A stretch of 64,000 nt of DNA from Antedon mediterranea (Eukaryota; Animalia; Echinodermata), in contig NC_092679.1 of assembly GCF_964355755.1 (NCBI RefSeq), forward strand, positions 8,648,201 through 8,712,200. The letters are read 5' to 3'. A program made the translations under genes and the position numbers. Position 1 is the stretch's first letter. Each line of letters starts with the position of its first letter. Of the stretch, positions 1 to 8,303 are shown piece by piece. The notes under the pieces are model-generated. The model ran no database searches. It saw only the letters and a program-made list of their open reading frames with translations, and was not told where the DNA came from.

Positions 1-3000
1 TTGAAGCTATTCTGTACACTTTGATGTTTTTATGTTAACAAGTTTTTTAGAAAATCACAAAATGGTCTAAAACGTCTCCAAATGCGATTTAAAGCTATTT
101 TAAGCACTTTTGTGTTTTTGTGTAACCAAGTTTTTTCGAAAATCACAAAAGGGTCTAAAATGTCTCTAAATGCGATTTGAAGCTATTTAAAGCACTTTGG
201 TGTTTTTATGTTAACAAGTTTTTTCGAAAATCACAAAATGGTCTAAAACGTCTACAAATGCGATTTGAAGCTATTCTAAGCACTTTTGTGTTTTTATGTT
301 AACAAGTTTTTTCGAAAATCACAAAATTGTCTAAAACGTCTCCAAATTCGATTTGAAGCTATTCTAAGCACTTTGGTGTTTTTATGTTAACAAGTTTTTC
401 GAAAATCACAAAATTGTCTAAAACGTCTCCAAATGCGATTTGAAGCTATTCTGTACACTTTGATGTTTTTATGTTAACAAGTTTTTTAGAAAATCACAAA
501 ATGGTCTAAAATGTCTCCAAATGCGATTTGAAGCTATTTTAAGCACTTTGGTGCTTTTGTGTAACCAAGTTTTTTCGAAAATCACAAAAGGGTCTAAAAT
601 GTCTAAACATGCGATTTGAAGCTATTCTAAGCACTTTGGTGTTTTTATGTTAACAAGTTTTTTCGAAAATCACAAAGTGGTCTAAAACGTCTCCAAATGC
701 GATTTGAAGCTATTCTGTACACTTTGATGTTTTTATGTTAACAAGTTTTTTGAAATGCTCAAAATGGTCTAAAACGTTTTTAAATACGATATTAAGCTAT
801 TTTGTGCTCTTTGATGTTTTTTTGAGAAAAGTTTTATCGAAATGTTCAAAATGGTCTAAAACGGTTTCTAATGTGATTTTAAGCACTTTGATGTTTTTGT
901 GGAACCAAGTTTTTTCGAAAATCACAAAATGGTCTAAAACGTCTCCAAATGCGATTTAAAGCTATTTTAAGCACTTTTGTGTTTTTGTGTAACCAAGTTT
1001 TTTTCGAAAATCACAAAAGGGTCTAAAATGTCTCTAAATGCGATATGAAGCTATTCTAAGCACTTTGGTGTTTTTATGTTAACAAGTTTTTTCGAAAATC
1101 ACAAAATGGTCTAAAACGTCTACAAATGCGAGTTGAAGCTATTCTAAGCACTTTTGTGTTTTTATGTTAACAAGTTTTTTCGAAAATCACAAATTGATCT
1201 AAAACGTCTTCAAATGCGATTTGAAGCTATTCTGTACCCTTTGATGTTTTTATGTTAACAAGTTTTTTCGAAAATCACAAAATGGTCTAAAACGTTTCCA
1301 AATGCGATTTGAAGCTATTCTGTACACTTTGATGTTTTGTGTGTGAAAATTTTTGTCAAAACCAAGTAACCCAGTTTTTTCGAAAATCACAAAAGGGTCT
1401 AAAATGTCTCTAAATGCGATATGAAGCTATTCTAAGCACTTTGGTGTTTTTATGTTAACAAGTTTTTTCGAAAATCACAAAATGGTCTAAAACGTCTACA
1501 AATGCGATTTGAAGCTATTCTAAGCACTTTTGTGTTTTTATGTTAACAAGTTTTTTCGAAAATCACAAATTGATCTAAAACGTCTCCAAATGCGATTTGA
1601 AGCTATTCTGTACACTTTGATGTTTTTATGTTAACAAGTTTTTTCGAAAATCACAAAATGGTCTAAAACGTCTCCAAATGCGATTTGAAGCTATTTAAAG
1701 CACTTTGGTGTTTTTGTGTTAACAAGATTTTTCGAAAATCACAAAAGGGTCTAAAATGTCTAAACATGCGATTTGAAGCTTTTCTAAGCACTTTGGTGTT
1801 TTTATGTTAACAAGTTTTTTCGAAAATCACAAAGTGGTCTAAAACGTCTCCAAATGCGATTTGAAGCTATTCTGTACACTTTGATGTTTTTATGTTAACA
1901 AGTTTTTTCGAAAATCACAAATTGATCTAAAACGTCTTCAAATGCGATTTGAAGCTATTTATTCTGTACCCTTTGATGTTTTTATGTTAACAAGTTTTTT
2001 TCGAAAATCACAAAATGGTCTAAAACGTTTCCAAATGCGATTTGAAGCTATTCTGTACACTTTGATGTTTTGTGTGTAAAAATTTTTGTCAAAACCAAGT
2101 AACCAAGTTTTTTCGAAAATCACAAAAGGGTCTAAAATGTCTCTAAATGCGATATGAAGCTATTCTAAACATTTTGGTGTTTTTATGTTAACAAGTTTTT
2201 TCGAAAATCACAAAATGGTCTAAAACGTCTACAAATGCGATTTGAAGCTATTCTAAGCACTTTTGTGTTTTTATGTTAACAAGTTTTTTCGAAAATCACA
2301 AATTGATCTAAAACGTCTCCAAATGCGATTTGAAGCTATTCTGTACACTTTGATGTTTTTATGTTAACAAGTTTTTTCGAAAATCACAAAATGGTCTAAA
2401 ACGTCTCCAAATGCGATTTGAAGCTATTTAAAGCACTTTGGTGTTTTTGTGTTAACAAGATTTTTCGAAAATTACAAAAGGGTCTAAAATGTCTAAACAT
2501 GCGATTTGAAGTTTTTCTAAGCACTTTGGTGTTTTTATGTTAACAAGTTTTTTCGAAAATCACAAAGTGGTCTAAAACGTCTCCAAATGCGATTTGAAGC
2601 TATTCTGTACACTTTGATGTTTTTATGTTAACAAGTTTTTTAGAAAATCACAAAATGGTCTAAAACGTCTCCAAATGCGATTTAAAGCTATTTTAAGCAC
2701 TTTTGTGTTTTTGTGTAACCAAGTTTTTTCGAAAATCACAAAAGGGTCTAAAATGTCTCTAAATGCGATTTGAAGCTATTCTAAGCACTTTGGTGTTTTT
2801 ATGTTAACCAGTTTTTTCGAAAATCACAAAATGGTCTAAAACGTCTACAAATGCGATTTAAAGCTATTTTAAGCACTTTTGTGTTTTTGTGTAACCAAGT
2901 TTTTTCGAAAATCACAAAATGGTCTAAAATGTCGGCAAATGCGATTTGAAGCTATTCTTAGAACATTGGTGATTTTATGTTAACAAGTTTTTTCGAAAAT

Positions 3001-3211
3001 CACAAAATGGTCTAAAATGTCTGCAAATGCGATTTGAAGCTATTCTTAGCACATTGGTGTTTTTATGTTAACAAGTTTTTTCGAAACTCACAAAATGGTC
3101 TAAAACGTCTCCAAATGCGATTTGAAGCTATTTTAAGCACTTTGGTGTTTTTGTGTTAACAAGTTTTTCGAAATGCTCAAAATGGTCTAAAACGTTTTTA
3201 AATACGATATT
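1..3211 (+). repeat. Satellite DNA array, ~88-bp monomer (segment 1)
   Basis: Consensus TTGAAGCTATTCT(AAG/GTA)CACTTTG(G/A)TGTTTTTATGTTAACAAGTTTTTTCGAAAATCACAAAATGGTCTAAAACGTCTCCAAATGCGAT recurs at positions 1, 89 and 177 (period 88). The array runs off the left edge of the window. Confidence 0.98.
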
Positions 3212-3417
3212 AGAGAATTTTCCGAAGCATATAGGAAAATAGTTTTGTGTCACTTAGCACACAGGTATAATTGTAATTCCTGATAGAGGGTGTTTCATTT
3301 GCCAAGTCATGCATAACATATCGCTGGAGGGGCTTTATAAGCAGCGGCGCATGTGGTTTAATCCTCTCCTTTGTTTTAATTAAGACTAAACCTACGTCCT
3401 GCGTCAAAACTCAATTT
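3212..3417 (+). repeat. Split direct repeat A1 (206 bp)
   Basis: AGAGAATTTTCCGAAGC...CAAAACTCAATTT; near-identical to 6968-7173 and 7636-7841. Confidence 0.95.
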
Positions 3418-3566
3418 TCAAATTCCATTTCATCGTTGTCATTATATATTTGGAGAGTAATTTTTCGTATCACATCCTAACTATTCGTGATTTCTTCAGA
3501 ATTCAACTGTTTTTTACGCATTCTCCCTCGTTTCTGTAAGTAACTGTTTAAATTTATAAAGGTATC

Positions 3567-4145
3567 ATGCCAATTACTGTATGCCTTTTCGGGCACTCCT
3601 TTATTCGGAGGCTACGTGACTATGCCAACACGCCGTTCAACAATGCGGCTAATATGAGACTATCGAAACACAACTTTGTTATTGCCTACAGATGTAGAGG
3701 GGGTCTTAAACTTCATCAATACCCATCTTTATTATATGCTTGGCCTGTGTCGCCTGATGTTGTAATTATACAACTTGGAGAAAACGACCTAGCTGACCGA
3801 GATAATCGCTACATAGTCGCACGCTTATGCACTTTAGTTGACTTCCTGCTATGCGGAACAGGTTGTAAACTCGTGATGATTTGTCAACTCCTTAAACGAT
3901 CGCCGAACGTAGTGGGTGGTCGCTTTAACAACAGGATCATTGAACTCAACCGAACTTTAGAAAGGCGGTTTGCAAATAGGCATGATGTTATACTATGGAA
4001 GCACAGAGGATTATAGGGCGATTTGTCTCATCTACATGTAGACGGTGTCCATCTCGGTCCATCAGGCATGTACAAGTATATGAGGAGTGTAAGAGGAGCG
4101 ATGATGCACGCAGAAAAAATTCTTAAAAGGCAAGTATTTAAATAA
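3567..4145 (+). pseudogene. SGNH/GDSL hydrolase (esterase) ORF of the Ngaro element, in-frame TAG at 4014-4016
   Basis: Block I FGHSFIRRL and block III VIIQLGENDL. Reading through the TAG gives GDLSHLHVDGVHLGPSGMYKY... containing the block V DxxH motif, and ends at TAA 4143-4145. Confidence 0.85.
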
Positions 4146-4370
4146 ATGTTTCTATCATCAGTAAATATAAAAAAAATAAAAAAATTTAAAAAAATTAAAA
4201 ATTTATTGATGATATTTTTTTATAAGAATATGCAATAATACTGCTACTACTATTATATATTATAGATATAGATATAGTATTTTATACTATACAGTATAAT
4301 TATCATTCTTCTACTATTACTTAGTAGTCTACTACCTATGATTACCGTAGGCCTACCTAACCACCAACTC

Positions 4371-4741
4371 ATTACATGGTTTTCCTGGGTAATTTACAGC
4401 TATTTTAGCTGTGCCTCCAGGCTTTTTATCTTATGGTCGGCCATTTTATCTTCGGTTGGTGTTATACTATGCCATATCGATTGGCAGTTTTTTACTCTCC
4501 GCCGAATGTATTTTTATTTATAATAACGTAGCCACCAACTATTGGTCCTGGGTAACTTCCAGCAGTTTTATGCTGTGCCTCCAGGCCAAGTGGTGGGGCC
4601 GACCATACTATGCTTATATAGCTTTTTATACCATGTTAATTATATTTCTTTTTGGTTGGTTGGCTCACCCACGTTTGGATGTTTACCTGGGTAATTACCA
4701 GCTATGCTGTGCCGCCAGGTTACTTGCAAATCGATGGGTGA
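4371..4741 (+). other. Predicted structured cis-element (three related hairpin motifs in a multibranch fold) between the SGNH and gag ORFs
   Basis: CCTGGGTAA-n4-CAGC-loop-GCTGTGCC(T/G)CCAGG at 4384-4421, 4547-4585 and 4686-4719. Long-range inverted pairs at 4432-4442/4597-4607, 4371-4380/4630-4640 and 4665-4671/4735-4741. Confidence 0.6.
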
Positions 4742-4835
4742 ATCATACATGTTACCACGGGATATAAACCCGCAACTACTTTATATAGATATATATATTT
4801 TTTGTTTGTTCTTTAATTACTATTATCTAGGTAAA

Positions 4836-5723
4836 ATGCCGAAATCAAAGTCCACTCGCCGGTCAGCGGCACCAAAACCAACCACAACGGAACAACTAAC
4901 AGCTAATATCGACTATGAAAAATTGGCAGAGGCCGTAGCAAAACAGATGAAGAAACCGACCGATGCGCCTCCTGCTACTAATTCATCAGAGGGAGATGGA
5001 CCATCGGTGATGGAACAAGCGGTTACCCCTTTAATCAGCGACCTTCTCCAAGGTGAGCCGTCAACTGGGTGTCAATTGACAATGATGGACACTATTGCCT
5101 TGGGGTCGGACATTCCTCTTCCCACCAAAACAAAAATTTGGAACGATCAATATATCGAAATAAGGTCTCTGCTCCCCAACCAACGCGACCCGCATATGTC
5201 GGTGACTATAGCAGGAAACCAAGTGCGAGTCGAGAGCGACCAAAAACGGAAACCGCTCACGGTTTTAGAATGGCAACAGGTGTTCCACATCTATGCAGCC
5301 ATTTTCTTGGAAAAATTCCCAAAGGAATGTTTTAACATTTTAAAATATGCGAACAACATTTTGGAGTTGTCAATTACTGCACAGAACAATGCATGGCGAG
5401 CATACGATGAACAATTCAGAAGAGCCCGTCAAGGACGCTCCTTGAAGTGGGAGGTACTGCACACCGAACTGATGCTAAAGCTAGTAACATATCAATCGGT
5501 CCCGATGACCACTTCAGGGGTGAGAACGGGATTCAATCAGCCCTTTCGTGGGGTTCCCAAAGGCTACTGCTTTGCCTTCCATACAGGAAAAACCTGCACA
5601 GCACATTCCTGTACTTTCAAACACAACTGTCCCTCGCACCAGCCACCAGAAAGGCTTACAGACGTAGTCTGCAACTGTTGGCATCCTGGTCAGGAAAACG
5701 AGTACCCTTACCACTTAATGTAG
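4836..5723 (+). CDS. Gag-like ORF of the Ngaro element (C-terminus fused at the deletion junction, ~5630)
   Basis: Probable ATG at 4836 (MPKSKSTRR); core ...KIWNDQYIEIRSLL...EWQQVFHIYAAI...AWRAYDEQFR; zinc finger CFAFHTGKTCTAHSCTFKH. After KHNC the frame continues out of frame over YR sequence. Confidence 0.8.
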   Translation: MPKSKSTRRSAAPKPTTTEQLTANIDYEKLAEAVAKQMKKPTDAPPATNSSEGDGPSVMEQAVTPLISDLLQGEPSTGCQLTMMDTIALGSDIPLPTKTKIWNDQYIEIRSLLPNQRDPHMSVTIAGNQVRVESDQKRKPLTVLEWQQVFHIYAAIFLEKFPKECFNILKYANNILELSITAQNNAWRAYDEQFRRARQGRSLKWEVLHTELMLKLVTYQSVPMTTSGVRTGFNQPFRGVPKGYCFAFHTGKTCTAHSCTFKHNCPSHQPPERLTDVVCNCWHPGQENEYPYHLM

Positions 5724-6487
5724 GTACAATTTGTAATTTTCTGTCTCATTTATTTGACAAAGGTCTGGCACCGGGAACAATTTCCTCGCATATGTCTGCA
5801 ATCTCGTTCGTACACAAGTTAGTAGGCCTACCGGATCCTAGCGGGTTTTTCCTCGTTCAAAAAATTATCCGCGGAATTCATTCTAGGGCGGCAAAAGTGG
5901 ACTCTCGGCTTCCCATAACAAAAGGGATCTTGATTAGGCTACTCGATGCATTGGAGTTTATAGAACCATTACTACCCCATCGTTTGTTACTTGAAGCATT
6001 ATTTCTTACAGCGTTTCAGGGTTTTTTTCGACTCGGAGAATTGGCATCTAAAGCCAAAGATTCTAACGTAGTACAGCGCAACGATTTAACTCTGAACAAA
6101 ACTGGGGCCTTAATCATAATACGACACCACAAAACTGGAGTTGGAAAACCCCCCGTTTCGGTATCATTTGCACCATGGGTTAGAGAAAAGTACTGCCCAG
6201 TAGCCGCACTAACAAACTACCTCGCACATTGCCAACAGTCCACAGGTCCCTTGTTTCAGCACCTTGATGGCAAGGCGGTTACACAACAATTTGTGTCGTG
6301 CCGGCTGAGAGCGGCAGTGTCGTTTATTGGGTTGAATCCGAGCCATTACAAGGGCCACAGTTTTCGTATTGGGGCAGCAACACATGCTGCGTCATTAGGC
6401 ATGTCAAATAGCCTCATTCAACAATTTGGGAGATAGAAATCTTCTGTTTTCAAGAAATACATTCGTATTTCATCGTTCAGTTCATAA
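5627..6487 (+). pseudogene. Tyrosine recombinase (DIRS/Ngaro type), in-frame TAG at 6434-6436
   Basis: N-terminal SLAPATRKAY and core-binding region, then catalytic motifs GFFRLGEL (R), HHKT (K) and GHSFRIGAAT (HxxR). GR*KSSVFKKYIR places the nucleophile Tyr (TAC 6458-6460) after the TAG; stop TAA at 6485-6487. Confidence 0.93.
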
Positions 6488-6546
6488 GGGGCAGGTCCGT
6501 GGTTTTTGTTTGGTCTGGGTGGGAACCCATCCAAGGCTGGGTTTTT

Positions 6547-6967
6547 GGCGCTGACACCCAGACTCATGTCTTATATACAGCCAATTTCATATTTTATTGT
6601 ATTTTAATCAGACTCAAGTAGATTTATAGATGTATATATTTGATGCTTAAGTCAAATTTGTTAACCTAATATTAAGTACTGTTTAGTAAGTAGAGTTTAA
6701 TACTTTGATTTATACTTTGTTTAAATATTCTGATAACTGATATCCGTTATGCAGTATTTGATTTATGTTTCAGATGACATAACGTATAGGGCGTGACCCA
6801 TTTTATATTATGTAATATAATTAAGTTTTATACTAGAAGTGATATGTCATCTATGTTTTACCAATATACACGTTTTAATATTCGTCATTTGAATAAATGA
6901 CATTTCCATCCAATGATGGTTTATCTGTGTTTGTTTGTTGTCCTGTCCGGTCGCTAGCGTAACACAA
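6547..6967 (+). repeat. Split direct repeat B1 (421 bp), contains AATAAA at 6892-6897
   Basis: GGCGCTGACACCCAGACTC...GCTAGCGTAACACAA; near-identical to 7215-7635 and 7883-8303. Confidence 0.95.
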
Positions 6968-7173
6968 AGAGAATTTTCCGAAGCATATAGGAAAATAGTT
7001 TTGTGTCACTTAGCAGACAGGTATAATTGTAATTCCTGATAGAGGGTGTTTCATTTGCCAAGTCATGCATAACATATCGCTGGAGGGGCTTTATAAGCGG
7101 CGGCGCATGTGGTTTAATCCTCTCCTTTGTTTTAATTAAGACTAAACCTACGTCCTGCGTCAAAACTCAATTT
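6968..7173 (+). repeat. Split direct repeat A2
   Basis: Direct copy of A1 (2 substitutions seen), directly abutting B1 and followed by a 41-bp C-rich spacer (CCCTCCGACCACCCC...). Confidence 0.95.
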
Positions 7174-7214
7174 CCCTCCGACCACCCCATTCTTCCCCCG
7201 TTTTGCTTTGGCTG

Positions 7215-7635
7215 GGCGCTGACACCCAGACTCATGTCTTATATACAGCCAATTTCATATTTTATTGTATTTTAATCAGACTCAAGTAGATTTATAGATG
7301 TATATATTTGATGCTTAAGTCAAATTTGTTAACCTAATATTAAGTACTGTTTAGTAAGTAGAGTTTAATACTTTGATTTATACTTTGTTTAAATATTCTG
7401 ATAACTGATATCCGTTATGCAGTATTTGATTTATGTTACAGATGACATAACGTATAGGGCGTGACCCATTTTATATTATGTAATATAATTAAGTTTTATA
7501 CTAGAAGTGATATGTCATCTATGTTTTACCAATATACACGTTTTAATATTCATCTTTTGAATAAATGACATTTCCATCCAATGATGGTTTATCTGTGTTT
7601 GTTTGTTGTCCTGTCCGGTCGCTAGCGTAACACAA
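7215..7635 (+). repeat. Split direct repeat B2
   Basis: Direct copy of B1 at offset 668. Confidence 0.95.
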
Positions 7636-7841
7636 AGAGAATTTTCCGAAGCATATAGGAAAATAGTTTTGTGTCACTTAGCAGACAGGTATAATTGTAA
7701 TTCCTGATAGAGGGTGTTTCATTTGCCAAGTCATGCATAACATATCGCTGGAGGGGCTCTATAAGCGAAGGCGCATGTGGTTTAATCCTCTCCTTTGTTA
7801 TAATTAAGACTAAACCTACGTCCTGCGTCAAAACTCAATTT
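7636..7841 (+). repeat. Split direct repeat A3 (supernumerary)
   Basis: Direct copy of A2 at offset 668 with private substitutions. Confidence 0.95.
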
Positions 7842-7882
7842 CCCTCCGACCACCCAATTCTTCCCCCGTTTTGCTTTGGCTG

Positions 7883-8303
7883 GGCGCTGACACCCAGACT
7901 CATGTCTTATATACAGCCAATTTCATATTCTATTGTATTTTAATCAGACTCAAGTAGATTTATAGATGTATATATTTGATGCTTAAGTCAAATTTGTTAA
8001 CCTAATATTAAGTACTGTTTAGTAAGTAGAGTTTAATACTTTGATTTATACTTTGTTTAAATATTCTGATAACTGATATCCGTTATGCAGTATTTGATTT
8101 ATATTTCAGATGACATAACGTATAGGGCGTGACCCATTTTATATTATGTAATATAATTAAGTTTTATACTAGAAGTGATATGTCATCTATGTTTTACCAA
8201 TATACACGTTTTAATATTCGTCATTTGAATAAATGACATTTCCATCCAATGATGGTTTATCTGTGTTTGTTTGTTGTCCTGTCCGGTCGCTAGCGTAACA
8301 CAA
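7883..8303 (+). repeat. Split direct repeat B3 (terminal)
   Basis: Direct copy of B1/B2; ends at ...TAACACAA, where the satellite resumes with AAGCTAT. Confidence 0.95.

Larger units (their letters stand above)
3212..8303 (+). mobile_element. Ngaro-like (DIRS order) tyrosine-recombinase retrotransposon, RT/RNase H-less non-autonomous copy
   Basis: Split direct repeats A1...B1-A2-B2-A3-B3; SGNH, gag (CCCH zinc finger) and YR frames. It interrupts a satellite monomer at GATATT|AAGCTAT with no target-site duplication, as expected for YR integration. Confidence 0.93.

Noticed and set aside
40-70. CENP-B box in the monomer
   Set aside because: TTCG is present but the required downstream A..CGGG positions are not.
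735-959. Short ORFs in the satellite (also at 8183, 18619, 20452, 20517, 39481 and 58304)
   Set aside because: Chance open frames through repeat monomers; they recur with the repeat and have no domain motifs.
3336-3340. TATAA in repeat A as the element's promoter
   Set aside because: Plausible position, but a 5-mer in AT-rich DNA is insufficient without transcript data.
3210-3407. Three similar minus-strand 65-69 aa ORFs (3210, 6954, 7622)
   Set aside because: They are the antisense reading of repeat A copies, begin at a non-ATG codon and have no recognisable motif.
4384-4719. Repeated hairpin read on the minus strand resembles hairpin-ribozyme loop B (AGGCA ... GUAAUUAC)
   Set aside because: It lacks the AGAAACA strand and any loop A (AGAA/NGUC) partner, and the G-U pairs favour the plus strand. 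No hammerhead CUGANGA/GAAA core was seen either, so it is not called a known ribozyme.
4338-4767. Hydrophobic ORFs 4338-4523 and 4411-4767, and the 5' extension of the gag frame from 4704
   Set aside because: They overlie the T-rich structured intergenic region; the hydrophobicity is explained by base composition.
5447-6436. YR as a phage integrase or bacterial contaminant
   Set aside because: The adjacent gag zinc finger, split direct repeats and in-register satellite flanks identify a DIRS-order eukaryotic element. Residues before ~5627 are gag read out of frame.
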